Shown here in pieces: positions 27,680 through 37,924 of a stretch of 64,000 nt of DNA. Below the pieces are notes generated by a model. That model did not search any database. It saw only the letters and a program-made list of their open reading frames with translations, and was not told where the DNA came from. The stretch covers positions 2,284 through 66,283 of the forward strand of contig JAHJEV010000003.1 of assembly GCA_018825365.1 (NCBI GenBank), given 5' to 3'. Within the stretch, counting starts at the first letter, position 1, and every line of letters begins with the position of its first letter. Position numbers and translations under genes: made by a program. This DNA is from Patescibacteria group bacterium. Lineage in GTDB: Bacteria > Patescibacteriota > WWE3 > UBA101185 > UBA10185.

Positions 27680-28570
27680 ATGAATACTAAAATGAAAAAC
27701 ATAAAAGAAAATGAAAAAGGCCAAGCACTCTTGTTTGTGGTTGTTGCAGTAACTATTGCACTTTCTGTTGGGGTATCAGTATCAACAAGGACCCTGTCTT
27801 CTCAAAAAAGAGTAGCCAGCTCAGATACCGCAATCAGAGTTGCTAATGCTGCTGAGGGGGGAGCTGAGATGATGCTTGGTCAAAGCTATTCCTTCCTGGC
27901 AAGTTTTACTCCCGGTCCTCCCAACTGTGCATCTGTTGGCTTAACCCTGGAGGGTGCAAGTTGTGTACTAACCTATCTTCCTACATCCAAAGATAATATC
28001 ACCACAAAGGCTAGTGTTAATGCAGTAGGTTTTAGTATGAACACCTCTGACCACTACTGGTTTGATTTAAGTCCCGGTATGGTTAAGGATGTGAGATTAG
28101 TAGGATACAGTGACTCAGGATGGTCAGGTTCTAACCATGGTATTTATGTTTGCTGGGAAAATCCAAAAGCAGCAATTTACACTCTTTCTTACAATTCCTC
28201 CGGGAACATAAAAAAGGAATGGTTCGTGAGTAACCATTTCACTAACACATCCAACACATCCGGGTTTTCTATAACCAGTCAAAACAACGGACATGCTAAG
28301 TATACTGCTTGTGCTTCGATTCATCTTGTTTCCTCCCCATATGGTTTGAGAATCAAAACACTTTATGATTCTACAAGGATCCATGTTTATCCTGGCACAA
28401 ACGGCAGCTTTCCAACCCAAGGCTACAAGATAATATCAAAAGGTGAGCTTGTTTCCGGAGGAGGAGGTGATGTTAAAGAAACAAGGGTTGTTGCTGTCTA
28501 TAAATCATTCCCCTACGCTGCTTCCATAATAGATTCCGGTCTTTACTCTGCAGGTGGGGGTATAAATTAA
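27680..28570 (+). CDS. PilX-like minor pilin
   Basis: KG|QALLFVVVAV, AANAAEGG-type motif (VANAAEGGAE); paralog of 32530-33342. Confidence 0.8.
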   Translation: MNTKMKNIKENEKGQALLFVVVAVTIALSVGVSVSTRTLSSQKRVASSDTAIRVANAAEGGAEMMLGQSYSFLASFTPGPPNCASVGLTLEGASCVLTYLPTSKDNITTKASVNAVGFSMNTSDHYWFDLSPGMVKDVRLVGYSDSGWSGSNHGIYVCWENPKAAIYTLSYNSSGNIKKEWFVSNHFTNTSNTSGFSITSQNNGHAKYTACASIHLVSSPYGLRIKTLYDSTRIHVYPGTNGSFPTQGYKIISKGELVSGGGGDVKETRVVAVYKSFPYAASIIDSGLYSAGGGIN

Positions 28571-28609
28571 GCTGGAGTGGAAGTAAGCCTTTTGGTAACT
28601 CCATTTTTC

Positions 28610-28638
28610 TTGACATCAACTTCTCCAAACATCATACT
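28610..28638 (+). promoter_or_regulatory. Sigma70-type promoter for the pilin at 28730
   Basis: TTGACA-17 nt-CATACT. Confidence 0.65.
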
Positions 28639-28729
28639 TACAATAAGCAATATTAAGATTTATTGTTGTCCAAATTATGTCTTGTAAGCTTGTAATGAAA
28701 TTATATTTCTTGGAGGGGGTGAGCTGCGA

Positions 28730-29311
28730 GTGAAAAAATCTAAAAAATTCTTAGGACCAAAAACTTCGGGTTTCACGCTTATTGAACTTATGATCGTCAT
28801 TGTAATCATAGGTATTCTATCCGGAGTCTTAATCGCAATCATTAACCCAGTTGCTGCTCAAAATAAAGCAAGGGATGCGAACACCAAAGCTACTATTAAC
28901 AAACTGGCATTGGGAGCATCTTCATTTATAAGTGCAGAAGGCAGGATTCCGGATGAGGTTCAGTTCCTATCAGAGTTTCAAAGTATAGCAGCAAATGGGG
29001 CAACATGCTCTACTGCCAGTGCTGCTGATTGCCAATTTAGTATAACGGGAAGTCCACTTCCGGTGGGAGGTACCGCCGGGTGTAGTAATGCTGCTAGCTG
29101 GGGAGGTGCAGGAGCCAATCAATGTTATTATTCCTACTGTGGTGGGGATGGTGCTGATGCAACCATAGCGTGTAGTTGGACAACCACCACAACCACCTAT
29201 AGGATTATTGCTAAAGCCTTTGGTACTGCAAATGTTATTATGTACAGAAGCGCGGATTCAAAAACGTACTCTTGTACTGCGGCTGGTACAAGCTGTATAG
29301 CACTGTATTAA
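28730..29311 (+). CDS. Type IV pilin, Cys-rich (likely major pilin 2)
   Basis: SG|FTLIELMIVIV; SD GGAGGGGGTG; own promoter and downstream hairpin; 8 Cys. Confidence 0.9.
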   Translation: MKKSKKFLGPKTSGFTLIELMIVIVIIGILSGVLIAIINPVAAQNKARDANTKATINKLALGASSFISAEGRIPDEVQFLSEFQSIAANGATCSTASAADCQFSITGSPLPVGGTAGCSNAASWGGAGANQCYYSYCGGDGADATIACSWTTTTTTYRIIAKAFGTANVIMYRSADSKTYSCTAAGTSCIALY

Positions 29312-29336
29312 TTAACTCGATCTGACCTTTTTTTAT

Positions 29337-29364
29337 AGTGCAGTCCTCAAAAAAGGACTGCACT
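29337..29364. terminator. Perfect 11-bp hairpin after the pilin
   Basis: AGTGCAGTCCT-caaaaa-AGGACTGCACT. Confidence 0.75.
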
Positions 29365-29374
29365 TGGAGTGTAG

Positions 29375-29839
29375 ATGGGAAAATATAGAAGTAAGGAAGG
29401 TGGTTTGACTTTAATAGAGCTTATGATTGTGGTTTTAGTGCTTGGTGTTTTAAGTGGTATTTCTATTTCAGTGGTCAACCGGGGCCAGCAGCAGGGTCGC
29501 GCAAAAGATGCTGTAAATCTTTCTAGTTTAACAAAAGCGGCCTCAGCAATCGAGTCTTACTATTATGGGGAAGGCAACTACCCGGTAATTACTGCCGCCG
29601 ACAACGGCAATCCGCTACTCAACTCCACCAATATTTCTTTAGATGTATATCTTAAAACCTGGCCGGATGGGTTTTTCTATCTTTATGATTCAGCGTCAGG
29701 CACCTTTGCCGTGTATGTAAAAAGGAATGTAGATGGTAACTTTTACAAATATATTTCTACGGATACCGTAATAAAGTTATGCAATAAGAGTAATTCACAG
29801 ACCACTACAGTTGTTAGTGCTTGTACAGTGATCCCGTAA
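29375..29839 (+). CDS. Type IV pilin-like protein
   Basis: GG|LTLIELMIVV. Confidence 0.88.
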   Translation: MGKYRSKEGGLTLIELMIVVLVLGVLSGISISVVNRGQQQGRAKDAVNLSSLTKAASAIESYYYGEGNYPVITAADNGNPLLNSTNISLDVYLKTWPDGFFYLYDSASGTFAVYVKRNVDGNFYKYISTDTVIKLCNKSNSQTTTVVSACTVIP

Positions 29840-29855
29840 TAAGGATAATAAAATT

Positions 29856-30416
29856 ATGAAAAGAAAAAAGGAAACTATTCAGGAAGGTTTCACACTTATT
29901 GAGCTTATGCTTGTGGTACTGATAATTGGTGTTTTAAGCGGGTTGATGCTTGGAGTCATAAATATTCCTGGTATTCAATCTAAGTCTAGGGATGCCAGAC
30001 GTATCGGGGAGTTAAAGAGAATTCAAACGGCTCTTGAGCTTTACTTTGCTGACTTTAGAGGATATCCGTCAAAAACAGCATGGCAAGATTTGAGTGTTGC
30101 CGGAAATTCCGTATCTTCTGCAATCAGTCCGATCTATATTAACAAGGTTCCCGAGGATCCAAAAAAAGGTAGTAACGCGTCTGCGGGAGTGTCTTGTTTT
30201 AACGGCAAAACCGCATATGGCTACTACTATATAACTAACAGTTGTGTCGGATCAGGGTGTTTATCAGGTAAGTATGTTTTGGGAGCTATTATGGAAGTAT
30301 CTGGCAGCGCAACTAATTATTTGTGTTCTAATCTAGGAAACTGTACTGGAGCCACCCCGGCTATAACTTGCGCATGCGGCGGAGCATATTGTTATGGTGT
30401 TGAAAATCCCCTCTAA
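29856..30416 (+). CDS. Type IV pilin / GspG-like protein
   Basis: EG|FTLIELML, SRDARRI.ELK.IQTALELY, P.DP; Cys-rich C-terminus. Confidence 0.9.
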   Translation: MKRKKETIQEGFTLIELMLVVLIIGVLSGLMLGVINIPGIQSKSRDARRIGELKRIQTALELYFADFRGYPSKTAWQDLSVAGNSVSSAISPIYINKVPEDPKKGSNASAGVSCFNGKTAYGYYYITNSCVGSGCLSGKYVLGAIMEVSGSATNYLCSNLGNCTGATPAITCACGGAYCYGVENPL

Positions 30417-30912
30417 AAAGTTATTACGCTTTTCAAACCAAGGTGGATTTACTCTTGTTGAACTTCTTGCAACCTCAACCATTGCTTTGATTCTTCTTGC
30501 TCTTGCAATTGTCTATTTTAATCCTGCCGAAAGAATCAAAAGAGCACGGGATGGCAAAAGACTTTCTGATATTTCAAAAATTGATCGGGCGATAAGTGAG
30601 TTTATGCTTGACAAAAAATACTATCCCGACACGCAAGGGGTACTAAGATTAAGCACTGCCCTTCCGGAAGGAAGCACCTCTTTAAACAAATCAAACAAAG
30701 GGTGGATTTTTGATAACTTATCTTCCTACATACCCATGCTCCCGACAGACCCTTTAAATGACGAGACGTATCACTATTCATATATTCGGGGAAGTGACGG
30801 TTATGAATTAGACGCAAAACTTGAGTTAATGACAGATGAGATGCTAAATGATGGCGGTAATGACAACTTAATGTATGAGGTAGGCAGTAACCTAAATCTA
30901 ATCTCGCCATAG
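30394..30912 (+). CDS. Type IV pilin-like protein (paralog of 11847-12350)
   Basis: GG|FTLVELL; shares GWI...LP.DP.N...DA.LE...DGGN...YEVG with the pilin at 11847. Confidence 0.88.
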   Translation: MVLKIPSKKLLRFSNQGGFTLVELLATSTIALILLALAIVYFNPAERIKRARDGKRLSDISKIDRAISEFMLDKKYYPDTQGVLRLSTALPEGSTSLNKSNKGWIFDNLSSYIPMLPTDPLNDETYHYSYIRGSDGYELDAKLELMTDEMLNDGGNDNLMYEVGSNLNLISP

Positions 30913-30935
30913 CTTTTGTGATAATATAAATTCAT

Positions 30936-31475
30936 ATGAGTCTGCCCAAAAAAACCATATTTTCCGCAGGTTTTACTCTTCTTGAGCTTATGATAGTTGT
31001 TACCATTATTGGTATTATATCCGCAGGTCTTATCCCTGCTTTTTCCAATTACATCAGAAGTCAGAATTTAAAACAAGCACAGGAACAATTGAAAAGCGAT
31101 ATGAGGACTGTTCAAAACAAAGCTTTGACCGGAGCCTTGTCAGATCAACTGCTGGGAAGTACATATATAAAATACTGGGGAATTAAATTTTTCAAAGGAC
31201 AGTCTACTTATGATTATTTTGTTTCCATATCCTCCGCAGCCTGCCCTGCCGGTCCGCCCTATGCAGCAGGGGTTTATCAGGGAAAGGGTTCTTTTGGGTC
31301 TGATTTAAAAATTCAAAATGCTTCGACGTGTGTGTTTTTTGATATAGCAAATGGAGATGTAGTCAGCAGTTTACTATCAGGCGGCTCCGGCTTCGCTTCG
31401 GTTGGGTATTCAGCCACAGAGCTGAAGAAAGTGTTTTTTAATAGTTATGGTCTAATTTATTCCACAAATGAATAG
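30936..31475 (+). CDS. Minor pilin, FimT/GspH-like
   Basis: AG|FTLLELMIV; A..QLKSDMR..Q..A; C-terminal F...G. Confidence 0.85.
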   Translation: MSLPKKTIFSAGFTLLELMIVVTIIGIISAGLIPAFSNYIRSQNLKQAQEQLKSDMRTVQNKALTGALSDQLLGSTYIKYWGIKFFKGQSTYDYFVSISSAACPAGPPYAAGVYQGKGSFGSDLKIQNASTCVFFDIANGDVVSSLLSGGSGFASVGYSATELKKVFFNSYGLIYSTNE

Positions 31476-31956
31476 AAAAGTACTAAAAAAATACAAACAC
31501 ATGTATAAAAATACAAAGGAAAAAGGGATAGCTTTAGTTGAGGTTATTGCAGCCTTGGGAATTGCCGTTATTGTCATAACATCATTGGTTTCTCTTTCCA
31601 TATCCACGATGAGATCATCCTTAAAAAGCAAGCTCCTTTTGGAGGGTTCAAAGATTGCAAACAGGGAAATTGAGCTTGTCAGAGCCTTTAGGGATAATAG
31701 CGCAACTTGGGAAGACCCGGGGTTTTTATCCATATTAAGCTGTACATCCAGTCCTTGTTATATGAAAGTTGATGGTTCGGGAATTGCCTCAGGCAGTGCC
31801 GTGGACGGAAGCGGAACCGAAGCAATAACCCGTTATTTTACCGTCACAAACAGCGCTGATATTGTGAGGGTTTCCGTATCGGTTACCTGGAAAGTTGGTA
31901 ATGACACACATGGCGCATACGTTAAAACCGATTTATCCAATTGGCGGGGAAGATGA
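31468..31956 (+). CDS. Minor pilin, PilV-like
   Basis: KG|IALVEVIAAL; EIELVR; VSVSVTW. Confidence 0.85.
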   Translation: MNRKVLKKYKHMYKNTKEKGIALVEVIAALGIAVIVITSLVSLSISTMRSSLKSKLLLEGSKIANREIELVRAFRDNSATWEDPGFLSILSCTSSPCYMKVDGSGIASGSAVDGSGTEAITRYFTVTNSADIVRVSVSVTWKVGNDTHGAYVKTDLSNWRGR

Positions 31957-31957
31957 T

Positions 31958-32512
31958 ATGAGAAGAGGGCCTATAAAAAAAATCAAAAATAATATTCAGA
32001 AGGGATTTACGCTTATTGAGCTTATGCTTGTGGTCGTTTTAATTGCAGTGTCTGTGGGTGTTACAAACGATATTTTAATGTCACTGGTAAGAAGCAATAA
32101 CAAAACACAAGTTATGACTGAAATTGAGCAACAATCCAATTTTGTTTCATCAAAGATAGAAAGAGAGCTTAGAAACGCCAGGAGCGTAACAACACCCCTT
32201 GCCGGGGCTTTTGGTTCCTCACTTGTTTTTGAGACTAAAGATGGAACCACTATTGAGTACAATGTTGACACTACCTCCGGTCTTATAAAAAGAAAAGTAA
32301 ATACCGGGACGTTAACGAATATAACTTCCAATAATAATCCCGGAGGAGTGGTGGCGACCTGCGGATCCCCCTCTTGTTTCTCGGTTTCCGGGTTCAATCC
32401 TCAAATTGTGAATGTAAGCATAAAGTTTTCCCAGGCACAACCGGGTGCAGGCAGTTCTTACTCCGGTCAAACAACGATTCAAAGTACTGTTGTGGTGAGA
32501 AATACTTATTAA
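31958..32512 (+). CDS. Minor pilin, PilW/GspJ-like
   Basis: KG|FTLIELML; IERELRNA; C-terminal TVVVRN. Confidence 0.85.
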   Translation: MRRGPIKKIKNNIQKGFTLIELMLVVVLIAVSVGVTNDILMSLVRSNNKTQVMTEIEQQSNFVSSKIERELRNARSVTTPLAGAFGSSLVFETKDGTTIEYNVDTTSGLIKRKVNTGTLTNITSNNNPGGVVATCGSPSCFSVSGFNPQIVNVSIKFSQAQPGAGSSYSGQTTIQSTVVVRNTY

Positions 32513-32529
32513 CTTAAATAATTAACCCA

Positions 32530-33342
32530 ATGAAATTTAAAATGATAAAAGAGAAAGGCCAGACGCTTCTGATAATAGTCCTACTTAGCTTTCTTGCCTT
32601 GTCTGTTGGGATTGTTGTTTCAAATAGATTTATAAAAACGCTGAGGGATGTTTCAGAATCTGATAATTCTTCAAGGGCAAGAGCAGTAGCTGAGGCCTTG
32701 GTAGAAAGACTATTGATTGTTTCAAACGCTACTTTAGGAGATTACATTAATTTTGGCAGTTGTGGGACGGCATGTTCCTTGGAAATTAACGGGTTCCTTG
32801 GACAAGTTGTAAGAGCAGACGCAACCCTTTCTTTTGCGGGGGCAAGTGCAGATCCTTTTGAAATAGCAGGAAAAAACGGCGAGGTTTCCCAAATTACGCT
32901 GGTTAGTTACGCGACAAATAGCTCGTTAGATGTTTGTTGGAGCGGGGGGGCATCTGTATACGCTTCATATATTTATGATCAAAGCGGTGTTATAGCGGCC
33001 GATATTTACGCTTACAACCCGGTTGGATATACCGGCTACATAAATAATTTTTCGGATGCCATATCCTCACACGGCTACCCGAATTGTTTTACTGTTTCAA
33101 CTCCATACACCCCAAAGGTATTAAGAATAAGACCTATTAATGCAGATGCTACTATAATTATTGTCCCATCCGGCGGGCACTCACTACCCAGCCAGGGAGT
33201 TTTGATAACCTCAATTGGCAGGGCTGGAGACGCTGTCAAGACCGTAAAAGTCTTAAAATCAAGTGCCTCTGCCCCGGAATATATGGATTTTGTAATTTAC
33301 CAGAAATCAACCACGGATCCGTTGTCTAACAGGCCGAACTAA
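32530..33342 (+). CDS. PilX-like minor pilin
   Basis: KG|QTLLIIVL, ARAVAEALVE, ITSIG. Confidence 0.8.
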   Translation: MKFKMIKEKGQTLLIIVLLSFLALSVGIVVSNRFIKTLRDVSESDNSSRARAVAEALVERLLIVSNATLGDYINFGSCGTACSLEINGFLGQVVRADATLSFAGASADPFEIAGKNGEVSQITLVSYATNSSLDVCWSGGASVYASYIYDQSGVIAADIYAYNPVGYTGYINNFSDAISSHGYPNCFTVSTPYTPKVLRIRPINADATIIIVPSGGHSLPSQGVLITSIGRAGDAVKTVKVLKSSASAPEYMDFVIYQKSTTDPLSNRPN

Positions 33343-33356
33343 TGTAAAATTCTGTT

Positions 33357-34388
33357 ATGCCCATAATAGGATTGAATATAGGAAAAAGAAGTTTCAGGGC
33401 TGTTGAGCTTGACTTCAAAAAGGACAAAATAATCCTAAACAATTTTGGTAATTATTCCAACCCCAAAGTTTCAATGGATCCAAACTCTCAGGATGACTTA
33501 GATATGGTGTCACAATCCTTAGAGCAGTTTTTTTCAGAAGTTGGTTTCAGTTCTTCGGATATAATCACAAGTGTCAATGAAACTAATGTTTTCATGAGAA
33601 TTATTAAACTTCCGGCAATGAACGATAAGGAACTTAAAAGTTCTATTAAGTTTGAAGCAGAACAGTATATTCCCCTACCCTTAGATCAGGTGAATGTTTC
33701 GTATCAAAAACTCGAACAGGACTTTTCTGATAAAGGAAAAATGAGTGTTCAAATTGTTGCTGCAAGAAAAGACATTGTTGAAAAATATGTTGAAATACTG
33801 AGAAAAGCAAAGTTAACCCCAAAGGCTATCGAACCTGAAACAATAGCTTTAGGAAGAGTTTTGGGAGATACGAAAGAAAACCCCTCGGGTACTATGATTT
33901 TGGAGATGGGATATTCAAATTCTCTGATTGTTGTTTGCTACGGGGGATTTGTGAGATTCACAAGGGCAATCCCAATCGGAGGGGATGTTATTACAAAGAC
34001 GATCATGCAGTCGCTTTCTTTGGATTATGAACAGGCTGAGGAATATAAAAAAGTCTATGGTTTGGATGATTTTCAGGGAGAAGGGAAAGTTGCAGCTGTG
34101 ATAAAGCCGGTTATTGATAATCTAATTTTGGAAGTTCAAAGGGCTGCTGTTTTCTTCACAAATCACAATCCTTCTGCTAGTATTAAACGAGTAGTATTAA
34201 GTGGAGGAACTGCCCTAATGCCAAACTTATTATCTTATGTTGCTAACAAACTTGATCTTGAGGTCATGTTGGCAAATCCCCTAAACAATATTGAGATATC
34301 TCCAAAATTGGAAAAGCAAAAACAGACTATTATTGATGAGGCACCGCTGTACTCATCCGTAATTGGTTTGGCTTTGAGGAAAATATAA
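33357..34388 (+). CDS. pilM: Type IV pilus assembly protein PilM
   Basis: Actin-like fold: IGLNIG, EAEQYIP, IPIGG, AEEYKK, VLSGG, IGLALR. Confidence 0.93.
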   Translation: MPIIGLNIGKRSFRAVELDFKKDKIILNNFGNYSNPKVSMDPNSQDDLDMVSQSLEQFFSEVGFSSSDIITSVNETNVFMRIIKLPAMNDKELKSSIKFEAEQYIPLPLDQVNVSYQKLEQDFSDKGKMSVQIVAARKDIVEKYVEILRKAKLTPKAIEPETIALGRVLGDTKENPSGTMILEMGYSNSLIVVCYGGFVRFTRAIPIGGDVITKTIMQSLSLDYEQAEEYKKVYGLDDFQGEGKVAAVIKPVIDNLILEVQRAAVFFTNHNPSASIKRVVLSGGTALMPNLLSYVANKLDLEVMLANPLNNIEISPKLEKQKQTIIDEAPLYSSVIGLALRKI

Positions 34389-34967
34389 ATGGCCGGAGAT
34401 ATAAATTTAATACCACAATCTGAGGTAGTTGAGCAGATAAAAACTAAGGCTGTAAAAACAAGCACCCTCGTGGCTTTAATCTTTCTGGGTGTTGTAGTTT
34501 TGATTTGTACCTACCTTTTTATAGTCACCGGTAGTATAAAAAAACAAATCTCTGCCGCTGATAGTGCGATTGCGTCCCTAAGAGGCAGAATAAATGAGTT
34601 ATCTTTAGTTGAAATTTCCGCAAGAAATCTTGATAAGAAATACAAAGTTCTGAATACTCTTTTTGCTCAAAGACCAAAGTACTCCGCCTTGTTGGAAGAA
34701 CTCAACATAAGAAAGTCCAAGCAGATAACAATTGATAGTTTAGATTTAAAGATTGGATCTATGAACATCTCCGGATCTGCTGGAAACTATATCGCAATTG
34801 CTGGATTTGTTAATAACCTGCTAGATAAGACTTTTGAGGGTGGAAACGCCAAACTAAAGGAGGTTTTCACAACCGTTTCTCTAAACTCAGTAAGCCTCGA
34901 AAAATCCACTAACGAAGTTAGATTTTTTATTGTAGTTAATTACAACGATAGTTTACTTAAACAATGA
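34389..34967 (+). CDS. pilN: PilN-like protein
   Basis: INLIP motif plus TM segment, directly after pilM. Confidence 0.85.
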   Translation: MAGDINLIPQSEVVEQIKTKAVKTSTLVALIFLGVVVLICTYLFIVTGSIKKQISAADSAIASLRGRINELSLVEISARNLDKKYKVLNTLFAQRPKYSALLEELNIRKSKQITIDSLDLKIGSMNISGSAGNYIAIAGFVNNLLDKTFEGGNAKLKEVFTTVSLNSVSLEKSTNEVRFFIVVNYNDSLLKQ

Positions 34968-35746
34968 AATCAGGAGAAAACAAAAAACCAGGTTTAAATA
35001 TTGACACATCCAAGATAAAGGGGATTTTAATAAACTTCGTAGTTTCTCTTGTTGCGTCCGGTCTGTCACTGCTTTTGATAATACTAATTGGTTACCCGTA
35101 TTTTAAGAATCTTTCCCATATCAAAGAGGATTTAAGACAAAAAGAGCAATTAAAAAGAGTCCTGAATGATAAAATCGTTATTTTAAACAGACTTGTTGAT
35201 TTCAAAAGCGTAGTTGACGAAGATTCCAATCTTGTTAATCAGGTATTGGTCAACGAGGCAGAGGTCCCAAGACTTTTGGACGAGGTAAATCAGATCGCCA
35301 CCAATTCCGGCATGGATGTTACAAGGTTAAGCTACTCCTACGGGGGAGCCGAAACCCCAGATGTTAGCGAGGGTAAGCAGGTTTCTTATAGTACTGTATC
35401 AATTGCTTTAGGGACCGATTCGAGTTTTGAACAGTTAGTTGTATTTATGAAAGCAATTGAAAATGCCGCGAGGTTCGCAAGTGTTCCAAACTTTAGATAC
35501 GCTGCCACAACAACAATCGAGGGGGAAAGTAAACTTGGGGGCAGCTTTTCAATAGAATCCCCATTTTTACTTGTTAAATCAACAGCAGTAACTGACGAAC
35601 CAGTGGATCTTGATATTTCCAGTCAAAATTTTGTTGACTTCATAAACATGATCAAAGGTTTGAAATTCTATGAGTTTCTAAATCCGAATATTGAGGTTGT
35701 GAAAACAGAAACTCCAACGGAAGAAGTAACCACGCCACAAGAGTAA
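34964..35746 (+). CDS. pilO: PilO-like protein
   Basis: TM, coiled coil, EVPRLL..V..IA..SG, FM..IE..R; position after pilN. Confidence 0.8.
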   Translation: MKSGENKKPGLNIDTSKIKGILINFVVSLVASGLSLLLIILIGYPYFKNLSHIKEDLRQKEQLKRVLNDKIVILNRLVDFKSVVDEDSNLVNQVLVNEAEVPRLLDEVNQIATNSGMDVTRLSYSYGGAETPDVSEGKQVSYSTVSIALGTDSSFEQLVVFMKAIENAARFASVPNFRYAATTTIEGESKLGGSFSIESPFLLVKSTAVTDEPVDLDISSQNFVDFINMIKGLKFYEFLNPNIEVVKTETPTEEVTTPQE

Positions 35747-35748
35747 GA

Positions 35749-36456
35749 TTATTTTTCGATTCTTTTTGAATTATCTTTTCTCCACCTATCTATTTCTTTA
35801 TGATTTCCGTTTAATAGTACTGGCGGGACTTTCACACCCATGAAATTTTCAGGTCTTGTATACTGGGGATATTCGGGAGTCCCCTCATTTTCCTCGGAGA
35901 AAGACTCAATTTTAGCAGCATCTTTCTTTTCCAAGACACCGGGCAAAATTCTGGTTATACTTTCCATAATACTTAAAGAAGGAAGCTCGCCCCCGCTTAG
36001 AACAAAATCTCCGATTGAAATAACATCGGTTGCCAGATTTTCTTCTACTCTGCCGTCAATTCCTTCGTATCTGCCGCAAATAAGGGTAATTTGGGCGCAT
36101 TTTGAGAGTTTTCTGGCCGTTTCTTGGTCGTAAGTCTTTCCTCTTGGGGATAAAACTACAATTTTATGATCTTTTGGAAGAGATTGTTTCTCAGGATTAG
36201 AAAGTTGTTTTTCTATAACGGCTTTACCGTATATTTCACAAAGTGCGTTGTATATCGGTTCGACCGACAAAACCATTCCCACTCCCCCTCCGTACGTTTC
36301 ATCATCAACCGAGCCGTAATTATTAACTGAGAACTCTTTTAAATCCCAAAGCTTGTATTGGGATAGTTTTTTCTCAACGGCCTTTTTAAAAGGTAAATTG
36401 TTCAGATGTTCTGTAAAAAGTTGGGGAAAGACTGTAATAATATCAAATTTGATCAT
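35749..36456 (-). CDS. trmD: tRNA (guanine-N1)-methyltransferase
   Basis: VDD..YGGG.GMV, CGRYEGID, SIGDFVLSGGE, EYPQYTRP. Confidence 0.97.
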   Translation of the reverse strand: MIKFDIITVFPQLFTEHLNNLPFKKAVEKKLSQYKLWDLKEFSVNNYGSVDDETYGGGVGMVLSVEPIYNALCEIYGKAVIEKQLSNPEKQSLPKDHKIVVLSPRGKTYDQETARKLSKCAQITLICGRYEGIDGRVEENLATDVISIGDFVLSGGELPSLSIMESITRILPGVLEKKDAAKIESFSEENEGTPEYPQYTRPENFMGVKVPPVLLNGNHKEIDRWRKDNSKRIEK

Positions 36457-36700
36457 TTTGTAATGAGTTGCTCTCTTCTAATATCACTGAGATTCTAACG
36501 TCATCTTTTATTGCCTTTGCTTTGGCCATGTTTTTGATGCTTTTTATGGTTCTTCCTTCTTTTCCGATCAAAAGTCCCATGTCTTCTTCTGCCGCGCGGA
36601 TTTTGTATATGAATATGCCACCCTCTTTACCTTCGTCAATTTCGATGGACTCTGGTTTTGTGACTATTTCTTTGATTATATATTCAAGAAATTCTTTCAT
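36443..36700 (-). CDS. khpA: KH-domain RNA-binding protein
   Basis: DMGLLIGKEGRTIKSI; between rpsP and trmD. Confidence 0.9.
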   Translation of the reverse strand: MKEFLEYIIKEIVTKPESIEIDEGKEGGIFIYKIRAAEEDMGLLIGKEGRTIKSIKNMAKAKAIKDDVRISVILEESNSLQNDQI

Positions 36701-37104
36701 TTTTCCTCTTTGGGTGCTTCTTCTTGTGGTTCTTTTTCTGTCTTTTCTTTAATTTCTTCCTTTTTTTCCTCTACTTTTTCCTCAAATTTTGACTCCAATG
36801 CCGGTGTTTCGGCCTTTTCTCCGCCTTGCGCCTTTTTTGTCACCTGTTTTGGTGTGTATTTTAAGTATTCGTACTTCCCGTCGATTAGTTTTTGAACTGA
36901 CTTTGTGACTAAAGCTCCATTTTTAACCCATTTTTCAAATTTTTCTTTGTCGTATTTAAATTCCTGTGGGGTTACCGAAGGATTAAAATGTCCTATTAGA
37001 TCAACAAATCTCCCATTCCTTTTATCACGGGTATTACTTACGACTACCTTATAAGCCGGTAAATTTTTTCTTCCTATTCTTGCTAATCTAATTGTGACTG
37101 ACAT
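36697..37104 (-). CDS. rpsP: 30S ribosomal protein S16
   Basis: VTIRLARIGRK..P.Y.VVV...R..R.GRF; acidic tail. Confidence 0.97.
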   Translation of the reverse strand: MSVTIRLARIGRKNLPAYKVVVSNTRDKRNGRFVDLIGHFNPSVTPQEFKYDKEKFEKWVKNGALVTKSVQKLIDGKYEYLKYTPKQVTKKAQGGEKAETPALESKFEEKVEEKKEEIKEKTEKEPQEEAPKEEK

Positions 37105-37154
37105 GGCTGGTTGATTTTAGCAGAAGGGGTTTACCCTGTCCACCCCCTGCTTTT

Positions 37155-37853
37155 TTAACTTTGAGAATGAATTTTTTCTAATGCTCTTTCGGCGGCGTCT
37201 TGCTCTGCCTTTTGTTTGCTTTTTCCCTCACCAAGACCCCACTGCTCTTCTCCAAGATAAACTCCGACCTTAAAGCTCTTTTCATGATCGGGCCCCCAGG
37301 AATCTATGATTTTGTATATTGGTGTTACGCCTGTTCTTTCTTGGGCTTCCTCTTGAAATAATGATTTTGCATCTTTGTACTCTTGATTTTTTACAACCTG
37401 ATCTATTTTGTACATTAATTCCCTGTTGACAAATTCCCTGCAAACATTCAGTCCCCGATCTAAGTATAAAGCTCCAAGAACAGCTTCAAAAGTGTTGGCT
37501 AAGATATATTCCCTTTGCCTACCTCCTGTTGTTTCCTCACCATTTGACAGGAAAAGCATGTCTCCATACCCAAGTCTTTCTGCTTCCGCACCAATCGAAG
37601 GCGTACAAACAACCGAGGATCTAAAATTTGTCAAATCTCCTTCCGGAGATTTCAAATAGTGGTTATATAGAAACTCTGATGATAAAAGCTGTAACACGGA
37701 ATCCCCAAGAAATTCCAATCTTTCATTTGATTCGTTTTTGTATTCCGGATGTTCGTTTAAATAAGATCTGTGTGTGAATGCAGTTTTAAATAGTTCCTCA
37801 CTCGTAAGTTTAGTTTGTAGTATTTCTTCTATTTTTTTAAGGTTAAAAGGCAT
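37155..37853 (-). CDS. rnc: Ribonuclease III
   Basis: THRSY, NERLEFLGD, FEAVLGALYLD, dsRBD; start MPFNL inferred. Confidence 0.97.
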   Translation of the reverse strand: MPFNLKKIEEILQTKLTSEELFKTAFTHRSYLNEHPEYKNESNERLEFLGDSVLQLLSSEFLYNHYLKSPEGDLTNFRSSVVCTPSIGAEAERLGYGDMLFLSNGEETTGGRQREYILANTFEAVLGALYLDRGLNVCREFVNRELMYKIDQVVKNQEYKDAKSLFQEEAQERTGVTPIYKIIDSWGPDHEKSFKVGVYLGEEQWGLGEGKSKQKAEQDAAERALEKIHSQS

Positions 37854-37924
37854 TTTTTCACTGGGATAAAGGCGAAGGATTCTGTGGGTCAAAGAACGCT
37901 TCGGCTTTCTCTCAGCCCAATTTA

